From Emiliania huxleyi CCMP1516 (taxonomy: Eukaryota), in contig NW_005201318.1 in the NCBI RefSeq assembly GCF_000372725.1, positions 1-48,857 of the forward strand: 48,857 nucleotides of DNA, in the 5' to 3' direction. The position numbers and the translations under genes were made by a program. Of the stretch, positions 32,797-44,900 are shown one piece after another. The notes under the pieces are model-generated. The model worked only from the letters and a program-made list of their open reading frames with translations. It did not search any database and was not told the DNA's origin. Positions within the stretch are counted from its first letter, which is position 1. Each line of letters starts with the position of its first letter.

Positions 32797-34794
32797 TCAC
32801 ACAGGGCGCGGGGCGAGCCACATCATCACTGGCTCGCGGCAATACGGGCACTCTCGCATCAGCTCGGAGCAGGGACCGCAGACGCACAAATGGCTGCACG
32901 GCACCGCGAGGTGAGACTTCGGCCGCTCGAAGCATATGATGCACGACGTCTCGCCTCCCATGGTGGACTCGGGGGCAGCCGGCCGCCCCGTGTCGAGGCC
33001 GGCGTCCGCTAGTGAGACGGCAGCAAGCGGCTCAGTGACTGGCAGATGCTGCTCCGCCGCCTCTGCCTCTGGCCCGATCAAGCGCTCGATGGCGCTGACC
33101 CGCTCCTCGAGGCCACCCCCGGTCGCCGCGCCGAGGCTCGCCTCCAGCCGATCGACACGCCACTGCAAGTCCCCGCCGCCGCCGGTCGACTCGCTGCTCA
33201 CCGCCTCCTCGCACCGCGACACCCGACGCGCCAGCGCCTCCTCCGCATCTGCCTCCGACCGGCGCAGTGCCTCTGCTAGCTCCGTAGCTTCTCGCAGCGC
33301 TGCCCGCTCCGCCGCGCCCGCTCGCTCTGCCGCCTCGCGCTCCGCTCGCCTCGCCGCCTCCTGCTCAGCAGCCAGCCGCGCCGCCCTCTCCTCCTGATCG
33401 CGAAGCTCTGCCGCAGCCTTCGCCCTCCGCTCCTCCTCGAGCTTGAAGGCAGGCAGCGCCTTCTTGGCCTCCTTGTTCTTCGCCTTGCCCTCCTTCCTAA
33501 CCGCTTTCTTCTCGGCCGCCTTTGCGCGCTGCCTCGCCTTCTCCTCCTCCGACCTCTTGTCAGCAGCCTCCTTCTCGCGCCGCTCTGCCTCTGCTTTAGC
33601 CGCCTTGCGCTCCGCCGCCGCCGCCCGCTGCTCCGCAAGCTGCGCCTCCTCTGCTGCTCGCCTCTCCGCCTCCCTCGCCCGAAATGTCTCCTCTGCTGCC
33701 GCGCGCTCAGCGGCCAGCTTCGCCTCCGCCTCCGCCGCAATCGCTCGCCTCTGCTCCTCCAGCGCCGCCGCATCCGCCGCCCGGCGCGCCTCGTCCGCCG
33801 CCTGCTCCGCTTCGCGCTGTCGTGCCGCCTGCTCGCGCTCTCGCGCCTCCGCCGCCTCCTCCCGCTCGCGCTGCTCGCGCCGCCCCTTGGCCTCGAGCGC
33901 CTTCGCTGCCGCCTTCTCTGCCACCTCGGCCTCCCTCAATGCTGCTGCATGCTCAGTGAGAGCGCGCACGCACCCTGCGTGGTCCTTTGCAAGTGCACTG
34001 GCGGCGTCGGCGGTCGCAGGCTTGGCCGCCTTCTCCTTGGCGATTTGCAGCGCGGACATGCCGAACCTCCCACAGCGAACCTCCGTCTCTGCGCCAGCCT
34101 GCAGCAGGCAGAGCACGATGGGGAGTTGGCCGTTGACGGCGGCGCACATCAGCGCGGTGTAGCCGATGCTGCTCTGCAAGTTGACCTCTGCGCCGCGCTG
34201 CAGCAGCAGCTCGACCACCCGCTCGTGGCCATAGGTAGCGGAAAACATCAGCGCGGTGCCGCTGTCGTTCTCCTGCAGGTTGACATCCGCGCCGTGCTGC
34301 AGTAGCAAGTCCACCACTCGATCGCGACCGTTGCCAGCGGCGAGCATCAGCGCGGTGACGCCGATGCTGTTCTTCAGGTTGGCATCCGCGCCGCGCTGAA
34401 GCAGCAGCTCGACCACCCGCTCGCGGCCTTCGATGGCGGCGTACATCAGCGCGGTGCGGCCGGCGTACCTCAGCGCGCTGCTGTCCTGCACGTTGATCTC
34501 CGCGCCGCGCTGCAGGAGCAGCTCGACCACCCGCTCGTGGCCGCCGATGGCGGCGAGCATCAGTGCGGTGGCACCGTCGCTGCTCTGCAGGTTGGCCTCT
34601 GCGCCGTGCTGCAGCAGCAAGGCAGCCACCCGCTCGTGGCCGTAGCCGGCGGCGTCCATCAGCAGGGTAACGCCAGTATTTTTGCCAGTCTCGCGCGCGG
34701 TGTTTGCTCGCCCGCCTCTCTCGAGCCACGAACGCACCGCCGCTTCGTCGCCTCGCAACACCGCGGCCACGTGCGGCTCGGCCGCGCTCGTCAT
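32797..34794 (-). CDS. Ankyrin-repeat + coiled-coil + C-terminal RING (C3HC4_3-type) protein, putative E3 ubiquitin ligase; intronless, 665 aa
   Basis: About 6-7 ankyrin repeats (GxTALMxAAxxGHERVVELLLQRGA), an E/A/R/K coiled coil, and CIICFERPKSHLAVPCSHLCVCGPCSELMRECPYCREPV. Confidence 0.9.
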   Translation of the reverse strand: MTSAAEPHVAAVLRGDEAAVRSWLERGGRANTARETGKNTGVTLLMDAAGYGHERVAALLLQHGAEANLQSSDGATALMLAAIGGHERVVELLLQRGAEINVQDSSALRYAGRTALMYAAIEGRERVVELLLQRGADANLKNSIGVTALMLAAGNGRDRVVDLLLQHGADVNLQENDSGTALMFSATYGHERVVELLLQRGAEVNLQSSIGYTALMCAAVNGQLPIVLCLLQAGAETEVRCGRFGMSALQIAKEKAAKPATADAASALAKDHAGCVRALTEHAAALREAEVAEKAAAKALEAKGRREQREREEAAEAREREQAARQREAEQAADEARRAADAAALEEQRRAIAAEAEAKLAAERAAAEETFRAREAERRAAEEAQLAEQRAAAAERKAAKAEAERREKEAADKRSEEEKARQRAKAAEKKAVRKEGKAKNKEAKKALPAFKLEEERRAKAAAELRDQEERAARLAAEQEAARRAEREAAERAGAAERAALREATELAEALRRSEADAEEALARRVSRCEEAVSSESTGGGGDLQWRVDRLEASLGAATGGGLEERVSAIERLIGPEAEAAEQHLPVTEPLAAVSLADAGLDTGRPAAPESTMGGETSCIICFERPKSHLAVPCSHLCVCGPCSELMRECPYCREPVMMWLAPRPV

Positions 34795-34871
34795 TCGCAG
34801 CTCGGTGTCCAGTCCGAGCGCCGACCCAGTTCGCGGATCTGAGACAAAAGAAACCCCGCGCTTTTGGTCGG

Positions 34872-34972
34872 GGTACGACCACGAGGTGGCATGAAGGTTG
34901 CAGCGAGAATAGGCGAGAGACTGCGAAGAGAGATAGGAAGAGGCAGACGCCCAAGGGTTTGGGCGACGGCTG
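34872..34972 (+). repeat. Short fragment of the LINE-like ORF 3' end
   Basis: Matches ~29940-30037 (gaggtggcatgaaggttgcagcgagaat..gggcgacggct). Confidence 0.8.
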
Positions 34973-36346
34973 AAGAACAGTCAGGCTGCCCCGTTTCAAC
35001 ACGAAGTGCTGCGATCGGGGGTGGCCCATTTCTTGGAGCACTTGGAGCTTTTTTCTTTTCTCTTTTTGGGTCCTGTGGGCACCCTATCACTGAGTCAGGC
35101 AGGCGCGGCGGTCGCTGGCTGCCGTTTCCCGCCGCCTCGAGCGTCGAGGCTGTCGTCGGATTGCAAAGCCTGCTCGTGCAGGTGGGGGCCCTGTCCTCCT
35201 CCCCCATCCCTCGTTTGGAAAGTGCAAGGCCCGGTGCGCGGTGTAGTAACGCTGGGTGCGCTTCTTATATCACATATCCTCTCTGCTCTCACGAGACAGC
35301 AGACACGAGACACACCGGAAGGGGAGAGCGGGGGCTGGGGCGGGGGCGGGGGCGGCGGCGCGCGGCGCACGCGCGACTGAGGGCAGGGGGTGGGGACTCC
35401 CGCCGTGCACACGCTGCGCGCACACGCACCACATACCCTCATGAGACATACTGAGGGAAGGACGGATCGGCGGCGGCGGCGGCGGCGGCAGCGGCGGCAC
35501 AGCGCGCGCGCGGCGCGCGCGACGGAGGGGCGGAGCAGCGACCGCTGGCAGCGACCGCGCACGGTCGCTGCTCCGTCTGTCCCGGAGCGCCGTCTGCGCG
35601 GGGTGCGCGTCAGGACAGGGGGCAAGCGTGGCGGCGCGGGGACACGCACGCAGCAGGCGAGGGGGCGGCGGGTGACGGGGCAAGGGAGCAGCCCACACCC
35701 GACGCGTCGCTTTGAGCGAGGTCGAAGAAAGGGCCTGCGCAGGGGCCGCAGGGCGGTCAGTGGTGAGGCGAGGCGGAACTGGCCGCGGGCAAGGCGTTGT
35801 GAATGCTACGTGTGTGTGTGTAAGGCCGGTACGGAGGGGGCGCGGGGGGAGACGCACACTGTAGCTTTTGGGGGCGGAAACACGTTTTAATTCACGCGAG
35901 GGCGCACGTGAGGCTTCTCGCGCGTATAACGGTGTTCCCGAGTGTCGGAGACATGTACCCACAAGCCCATAAGCTTGGCTTACCTCGGCTCGGGGCTCCT
36001 CGAGAGCACGTTGCGAGCGAGGGTTGGGGTGGGGGGAATCCAGGGGGTCGTTGGCGGAACCGGCATGGTTTTCCACCGCGTGCGACCCCGCTAATCGTTG
36101 CATGCTCAAGCCGACAGCGTCTCTCTGCGCCGTGCATCAGAATGGGATTCTGCTTGCCTCTCGCCTCAACATAGTCATAACATGTACATGTACATGCAGA
36201 CCAACTCCGGGACTACGACGTGCTCATCGTCGCGCTACGCGCAGAAGGGCACGTCCCCTCCCACTGGCATGGAGCGCCTAGCTCTCACCAACTCACAGTT
36301 CGTTGACAAAATGCGTTCATCGGCTAGTATCCCGAGAGTCGTCGCT

Positions 36347-39008
36347 CTACACCCTGGAGAGTTGCTTGCTACTACTGCCGCGGCGCTGTTCTTCCGCGTA
36401 CTTGAGCGCGATGTCTCGCGGCACAATCGGACGGCTGCTGCCTGCTTCCGAGGTGCGGGATTTGCCGAGGCGCTTTTCCGATGTTGATTCCGGTGTGGAC
36501 GTCGGCTCTGGCTCCATGCTGATGGTGTGCGGCAGAGACGGCTCCGTGCTGACGGAGGGCCGAAAGCGTGAAGGCTCCGTGCTGACGGAGCCCCGAGTGC
36601 GTGAGTTCCGGCCGGGCTGCCGCGAAGGCTCCAGGCTACCCAGAGTGCGTCTGATTAAGCTCCCCGTGTGGCGGAGGTCCGCCGAAGCGCGCGCGTGGAG
36701 GCCCTTCGTGGCGGTCGCGCCGAGGTGCTTTGCAAGGAGCACGAGGGACACCTACAACGAGCACATGACACGTCGAGCGCTGCGCGCCTCGGAGGCAAAG
36801 AGAGTGTGAACAGAGAGAGCGCGCGCCTCGTGGTGCGGCCATGCCCTCGGGAAGCACGGGTGCGCCATGTCGCGGTACAGCCCATCTGCGATGAGCTCCT
36901 GCGGCGTGGTCTCGAAAAATCTCGCAAAGATGCAGCCGCCCTTTTCGGGGTCGTTCTCGTGCGCCATCACGATCTTGAGCTTGTCCTCGCGCGCCTGCTT
37001 GATTTGCTCGGCCAGCCCGGGCCGCTCGTCCGACCATGTCTCCTGGTTGAGGTAGAGCAGCATGTGGGTCGCGTCGTCGGCCTCCTCGGCAGTGGAGACG
37101 GTGAGGCCGGCGAAGGATTTGGCGAGCTCGTTGGCCAGATCCTCTGCGCCCGGGTTGGCAAGCGAGACCCGGACCGTCACTCGTTCGCTAAAGGCGAACG
37201 ACGAGATCCGCGACTCGTCCGCGATGCAGAGCGGGAGGGAGACCTTGTTCATGTAGGCGGGCGTGCAGAGGAGCAGCGCCTACAGCATCAGTGCGGGGTG
37301 TGGGGGAGATGCTGGTTCGGCCGTGGCTGCGGCCTGCGGCGCCTCTGCGATGATCTTGAGCGATACGCGCTGGAAGTCCTCGGCTCGCATCCAGACTGCG
37401 TGCGGCCGGTGCCTCTCAAAGATGATCCGCTGGAGGGTCTCGGGGCAATCTTCGCGCAGCTCCTCCATCGTCCCGCCGCCCTTTGTCGGGTCCGCCTCTT
37501 GCACGAGGACGATCGGCTTGTTCATCTCGAGCGACGAGCGAACCTCCCGGAGGCAGTTCTGCGGCGCGGGGGGGGCGGGGGGGGTGAAGCCCGTGTGCAG
37601 ACACCATCGGTGGGGGGTTGGCGCGCCTTGGAGCGGAAGTAGCCCTGCGAGAGGAAGAAGAGGATCATCGTCGTGTCTCGAATGTACTCCTCGAGCGCCC
37701 CGATGTCCTTGAGATCATCTACCTATGCGCACACCGCGGTGCGTCAGAGGGGCTCTGTGTGTAGCTAGCGCGGCTGAGCATGTGCGCGCGTCGAGGAATA
37801 TCTTGACCCCTGGTAGTAGCAGCATGAGCTGCTTCTTGATGACCGCGGCGGCGTCCTAAGGGAAGGAAGGCCGCCTCTCCGGACTACTCACATAAGTCAC
37901 AAGTGGAGCAGGGGGGGCCACCTGCCCCGTGCTCCAGATGTGGCTGTTGAAGAGGTGCCACTTGATCCCGTGCGCGAGGGTCAGCTCGGGCTGCTGGTTG
38001 GTCGAGACGAGGCGGAACGTGGGCAGCTTGGCGACGCGACGGGCGGCGAAGATGGCACCGATGAGGAAGAAGATGAGGACGGCGGCGACCAGGGCGATCA
38101 TCGAGTCGACAATCACATTGAGGCTGCTGAAGCCGAGGACATCGGCGGGGTCGGCTCCCTGGTACCGCTCCTCGATGCCGAGGTAGATGGTGGTCCAGTT
38201 GGTGCCGAGGAAGAGGAGGAGGAGCACGAGGCTCGTGGCGACGGCTAGCACGTCGTCCTCGACCCGATTGTAGGGGCGCACGATGGCGATCGCCACCGAA
38301 TAGCAAACGCAGACGAGCGTCGCCACCACGAGGCGAACAAAGGCGCGCTCCTCTGGGATCAGCAGCACCGCGCCCGTCAGAACGAGCTTGCGCGCCAGCT
38401 CGAGCGCCTCCCACCAGTAGTAGGTCAGCGCGTACTCTCGATGCAGGAAGCGAGTGGCGCGCGTCAGAGCAGTCCGCGTCTTCTTCTTCAGAGGCTTGTA
38501 GCAGGCGGCGAGGAGCGACATGTACAGGACCAGCGAGCCAATCGGCCAGACGACGATGAAGCCCTTGGCGAGGTTAGTGATGGGCTTGTGCTCGTCGGTG
38601 CCGCACTCAACGCTCGCGTCCTGCCGCATGTAGGAGACCTGCTCTAGCTCCTCGCCGGGCGGAGAGATGGTGTAGGCCTACGAGCAACACGTTGCGAGGA
38701 CTGAGGGAACAAGGTTGAACGACACAGTCCGGCTGGTGTGCGACTCGGAGCCTGGCACGACCACGCACGGAAGATGGAGGCGCTGACAGAAGGGACGAAG
38801 CAAAAGATGAGAATGAGCGCTGCCGGCATGAAATCGAGGAGGCCGAGGGCCGCCTCCACATACCAAGGTATCGCCGAGATCGCTGTCACCACCGACACCT
38901 CCTCCTCCGCAGGCGCTTGGTCCCTCGTCAACTGACGTTTGCGGTGGATCCGCCTGTGGTGGATCCGCAGCCCGATACCTGCCGATGGGGAGAGGGGTCA
39001 GCCCACCG

Positions 39009-39048
<40 letters not shown>

Positions 39049-41946
39049 GGCCGGGGAGGGGGGTGGGAGGTCGCCCGTGAGTAAGAGCAGCGCGATGAGA
39101 CTGGCCGGCGTGATCGTGACCGCGAGGAGTCGAGACCGGTAGGGCAGGCACTGCGGCGGCAAGAGAAAGGCAGTCCAGTCGATGCTGATCGCCTCGGCCA
39201 GCTTGTCAGTCCAGGACGTGTACTCAATGGGCAGCCGCGCCGAGTAGGTGGTGGTGAGGACAATGCAGACCTGGTAGAAGCCGAGCAGGATTTTGAGCTT
39301 CGGCGTAAAGCCCATGCCGACGTAGAAGACGACGGCGCGGTCCGCGAGGCGGAGGATGCGGCCGATGTAGCCTGGCTTCTTTCGCCAGCCCTTCTTGCTG
39401 TAGGCCCAGGCCGCGATGCCGCACGCGACAAAGACGCAGAGGAAGAGGCCGGCGATGCGACCCACCACGGAGCCAAGTGGGAGGCAATCCCTGCAAGTGT
39501 CGCCTTCGACGAGGTGGTGCTTGTCCGCGACGCAGAGCCGGCACTCGGGGCCGTAAAAGCCGGGAGCGCAGTACTCGTACTCGTCTGACGGGCTCACCTC
39601 CTCGATCATCCGGCGGCGAGAGGCGTCCCCCGCATCCAGTTCGCTGCCAGCGCATCGCGTCTTGCCGGCCTCGCCGTCGCCGCCAAAGGAGCGGCACTCT
39701 GTCAGTGCGGCACTCGAGGAGCTAGCGCGCCAGTAGCCTTGAGGGACGACGAGGGTCTCGAGCGTGGTGTTGGTCGGGCAGAAGGCGTTCGGCGGGCAAG
39801 GTTTGCAGTGCTCTGTCGGTGCCATCCAGATGTCTTTTTGGTCAACGGTCGTCGACAGCAAATAGTAGCCCTCCTTGCAAATCGAGCAGGTGACGCCGCC
39901 GCTCCCACTACTCAATGGATGGGGGCAGCGAGTGCACTCGCCCTGGCCAGGGTTGGCGGCGTAAGAGCCGGCGGCGCACTCGCTGCAGAAGTCGCTGCCG
40001 GTGCCGGAGGAGGTGCCGGGGTCACAGCTGGCGCACTTCGAGAGTCCAGGGGTGACGGCGACGGAGCCGGGCGAGCATTCCGCCGGCGGCGCCGCGCCGC
40101 CGCCGCACGACGATCCCACCGGGCAGTCGAAGCAGTCGGGATCGCCGTCGTCGTCCGTCACGTTGGCATACGTGCCCGGATCGCACGTTGCCGCCAGCTC
40201 GAGCGTCGCGCCCGCGGGGCAAAAGCGGCCGGGTCGGCAATCGATGCAGCTGGTCGCGCCGGTCGCGCTCTGGTAGGAGCCCTGTGGGCACCGCTGGCAG
40301 GCTTCGTTGCCAACCCCAAACGCGATGCTGCCGGCGCGACAAGGCACGCAAGTAGCGTTGCTGGTCGCCCCGGTGACAGAGCTCGAGGTGCCGGCAGGGC
40401 AGAGAAGGCACGATTCAATTGAGGTGGAGCGGCTTTCCGGATTGTACCTGCCCGCCGGACATGCCTGCCGCACCATGCTCCCGTCCTCCACCTCGCAGAA
40501 GCCGCCCGGCTCGCAGTCCTTACAGTCTGAGCTCCCGGTGTTGGCGGAGTAGGTTCCGTCAGGGCAGGCGGTGCAGATCGCCTTCCCGCTCTCCGACTGG
40601 TACTGTCCGCGCGGGCACGTGAGGCAATCCTCGAGCCTTGACGCTCCAAACAGAGGCATGCGTGTCCCAGGCGGGCAGGGCACAGGCAGCGCGCTTCCCT
40701 GCTCGCAGAAATGTCCGAGGGGGCAAATACCGCTGCACCCAGCGGTCGCAAGGCTGGTGGCGTTGCCGTAGTACCGCTCCGGACAGGTGTTGCAGCCGCG
40801 CACGTCGCCCGTGAACTCGCCACGAGTGGGCATCCATTCGCCGAGCGAGCAGGGGAACCAGCTTATCTCAGAGTTCGCCAGGATAGTGATTCCGTCACTG
40901 TCAGCGATGTTGCTCACAAAGATCGAGTCGTCCACCGAGCCCTGCATGGAGTCGGAGCGCCAGCCGCTATAGAAGAAGGCCGAGGCTGTGTTGGCTCGGT
41001 TGTTGCTCAGATTGGACCGCACGAGGGTTGCGATGCTCGTGGCACTCTCGAAGTTGACTCCGCCGCCGCGTCCCACGGCCGTGCTGCTCATCACGGCGCT
41101 GTCGGACAGCGAAAGCTTATCACTTTCGGTCATGGCGATGCCGCCGCCATTTGCGCCGGCGGTGCAGCCTACGATGTTCGAGCTGCCTGTGAGCGCAAGC
41201 GCGCCGCTCTGCCGGATCGAGATGCCGCCGCCGTCGCCCTCCGCGTGGCAGCCAGAGAGGCTCGACCTCTCGAGCTCGACATCTCCGCTGTCGGCCATGG
41301 CGATGCCGCCGCCATCTCCACCGGACTCGGAATCCTTGATGCTCGAGTCGGCCAGCTTGAGAGAGCCTGCACCGGAGCCTTGGATGGCCCCGCCGCCGTT
41401 CTCGGAGTAGCCGTTGACGAGCGTCAGCCCTCGGAGGGTGAGACTGCAGCCGCCGGAGAGGGAGAAGAGTCGCGAACGACCCTGTCCGTCGAGGGTTGCG
41501 CCGACTCCGCTACTGCGAATGGTTATGGTGATGTTGCCGCTGCATTCCAGCGATGAGTCGAGCACCTCGGCTGCGCGGCGGCCGATTTCCGGCGACGAGG
41601 GCGGTGGCGGCGGAGGAAGTGCTGGCGGCGGCGGAGATGAAGGAATCGGCGGAGAAGCCGGAGGTCTTGGCGGCGGTGGGGGCGGTGGCGGAGATGGCAG
41701 AGATGGCGGCGGCGGCGACGACGACGACGGCGACGGCGGCGGAGAGGAGAGCGGCGATGGCGGCAAGAGCGGCGGCAGCGGGGCAAGCGGCGGTGATGAC
41801 GGCGGCGGCAGCGGCGGAGAGATTGGCGGAGGCGACGACCGCGGTGGTGGCGACGGCGGCGGTGGCGACGGCGGAGGTGGGCTTGGGGGAGGTGGGCTCA
41901 GGGGCGGCGGTGACAGCGGAGGCGATGGCGACGTCGGAGGCCATGT

Positions 41947-41977
<31 letters not shown>

Positions 41978-44900
41978 AGTGGCGGCCGCGGTGGTGGCGA
42001 CGGCGACGGCAGATGCTCTCCATCGTGGAGCTGGAGATTTGTGATGCTCCCAGGAAGCTTACGCGTATTGTCCCAGCACCCAATTTGCCCGTTGGTGAAG
42101 CTGGCGGACTGGCCTGGCGAATTGGTCTGGCAGGTCGTATCCAGGTTACCATTGACATATATCTTCCCGTAAGCCGCCTTGCTGTAAATCAAAGTGACGT
42201 CGTATGTCGCGCCTGTCGTCAAAAACTCGCTCGAGAAGCAATTATTGATACCCGTTGCGGACAAGCCAGCCATGTACCCGTTCATGACCGCAAAATTGAT
42301 TCTGTCGGAATGCGCTAACACGTGCACGTTTCCTGGGGACCAACCGGTGTTACTCCAGATGCTCGCACCAGGATTTGCCGTGAGTTGGTTCAGGGTGAGC
42401 TCGAAACTCATGGTGAAGGCGTCTGTATCGAAATTCCGGGGATCCGACAAACACGAAGCCGAGCCCTCGAGGTTGTCCCAAGACACGACGAGTGGAGGCC
42501 ATGTCGGCGGCGGCGGCGGCGGCGGCGGCGATGGCGGTGGCAGAGGTGGCGAGGGTGGCGGCGGCGAGAGTGGCGGCCGCGGTGGTGGCGACGGCGACGG
42601 CAGATGCTCTCCATCGTGGAGCTGGAGATTTGTGATGCTCCCAGGAAGCTTACGCGTATTGTCCCAGCACCCAATTTGCCCGTTGGTGAAGCTGGCGGAC
42701 TGGCCTGGCGAATTGGTCTGGCAGGTCGTATCCAGGTTACCATTGACATATATCTTCCCGTAAGCCGCCTTGCTGTAAATCAAAGTGACGTCGTATGTCG
42801 CGCCTGTCGTCAAAAACTCGCTCGAGAAGCAATTGTTGATACCCGTTGCGGACAAGCCAGCCATGTACCCGTTCATGACCGCAAAATTGATTCTGTCGGA
42901 ATGCGCTAACACGTGCACGTTTCCTGGGGACCAACCGGTGTTACTCCAGATGCTCGCACCAGGATTTGCCGTGAGTTGGTTCAGGGTGAGCTCGAAACTC
43001 ATGGTGAAGGCGTCTGTATCGAAATTCCGGGGATCCGACAAACACGAAGCCGAGCCCTCGAGGTTGTCCCAAGACACGACGAGTGGCGGGGCGAGTGGCG
43101 GCCGCGTTGGTGGCGTTGACGGCGGTGGCGACGGCGTGGATCCCAACCTGATGTGGGCGCCCGGTGCCAGCAGGATCGATGTGTCCTGGCCCGTGCTCAC
43201 TGCTTCAGCAATCAGGTTGCGAAGCTCACTCTCCGTCGCAGCGGAAGTCTCGCGAGGCCAAAGAGGGGGCAGCGGCGGCAGCGGGGGCGGGGATGGCGGA
43301 AGCGGCGGAGCCGACGGCGGGGGTTGCGGAGGCGGCGAGGGCGGCAGCGACGGCGGCGGCGAGGGCGGCGGCGAGGGTGGCGGCGGCGAGGGCGGCGGCG
43401 AGGGCGGCGCAAAAGCCACGACAAAGGTGGCCGTGCCTGAGCCCCCGTTGCTGAAGCTGAACTTCTGATCGGTCCAGCCTGGCGCCTCCCACTCGGCTCC
43501 GTTCCACCCGTCGCCATACGAATCGAACATGTCGAGGATGCAGGAGCCCGGCGGCACCGCGTATGTCCCCGCGTAGGGGGCCCCACCCGTGATGGGACCG
43601 GCGAGGCCCTCGCAAGCGAGCGACCAGGAGACTTCGTTGGCGTACGAGCCGCTGCTCACGGCGATGTCGGAGGTGACCAATGGCGGCAGCAGTGGGGGTG
43701 GGGGCAGAGAGGGCGGCGATGGCAGAGAGGGCGGCGATGGTCGAGAGGGCGGCCGCGGTGGTGGCGACGGCGGAAGCGGCGGCGGTGAGGGCCAGCAGTG
43801 CAACGGCACAATCTGCTGCCGCCCCGACGCCTCCCAGAAATAGTCGGAGCGCGCAACACGGGTCACACCCGGCGTAGTCTCGAGCGTCTCCCAGGTCGAT
43901 CCGTCAGTGCTGCCCTCGAGAAACCACGAGGTAGGCGACCAGTGATTCGGACCGTGATCGTACATTGAGCGCACAGCGTACGACGAGATTGACACGGGCG
44001 AGCTGAAGTGGAACGCGAGCCAGCCTGTGTTGATACCTCCTTGAGAGCAGTAGTAGCTGCTGCCATCCACCGTATCCGTGGCCTGGTTGAACGCAGTATC
44101 ACAGCTGTACAAGGCAGAAAACTCGGACTCTGCGGTGCACGAAATGCTGCTTGTCGTGATCTCGGTTCCAAGTGCGTCCAAAAAGTCCAGCTCCTCGATA
44201 CACCAGTAGTTGGCGGCAGGCGCACCATACGAATCGACCCGCATCCGGACGTGCTCGTACGTGCAAGAGCCGAGTGGTGACGGCGGCGGCGGTGGTGACG
44301 GCGGCGGCGGAGAGGGCGGCGGCGGCGAGGGCGGCGGCGGCAGGAAAGGTGGCAACGGCGGCGGCGGCGGCGAAGGCGGCGGCGGCGGAGAGAGAGGCGG
44401 GAACAGAGGCGGGGACAGTGGCGGCGGGGGCGGGGGCGGGGACAGAGGCGGCGGAGACGCGGCCGCCCTGCCGACGAGCAGCACGGCGGCGGCCACGCGG
44501 ACTTGGGCGGCGGATAGGTCGAGCGAGGCGACCCGCCCGAACAGCAGCAAGGCTCCCGCGCCGATGACGCCCGTCTCGACCAGCCTCCGGGCCTTCCCAG
44601 CTGCGTCGGGGGACCACGACTCGGGCACGGTGTACATGGACAGGGCGGCCGGGAAAGTGCCGCGCCCCCGAGCGTTCGGATTGTACTTGGCGGCCGGCTC
44701 GGTCGGATTGTACTTCACGATCGAGGCCTCGAAGGCCACGACGAACAGGCCAACGATTGCGATGAAGTAGAAGATGTGGGTGTGGCAGACGGAGAGGAGA
44801 GCGCGGCAAATGCAGGCGGTGCTGCCGCCGCCGGCCTGGGTCAGGACCCGGTTCTTCTTGGCGCGCTTCGAGCTCTTCTGGCCCTTGTGTGGGCCGGCCT

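Noticed and set aside
37856..39480. Calling the receptor's membrane block a 7TM GPCR
   Set aside because: About 9 hydrophobic segments and WE..RK/RPY motifs. No GPS site or GPCR class motifs seen.
41414..44770. Gly-rich plus-strand ORFs
   Set aside because: Antisense readings of the poly-Pro linkers of the receptor.
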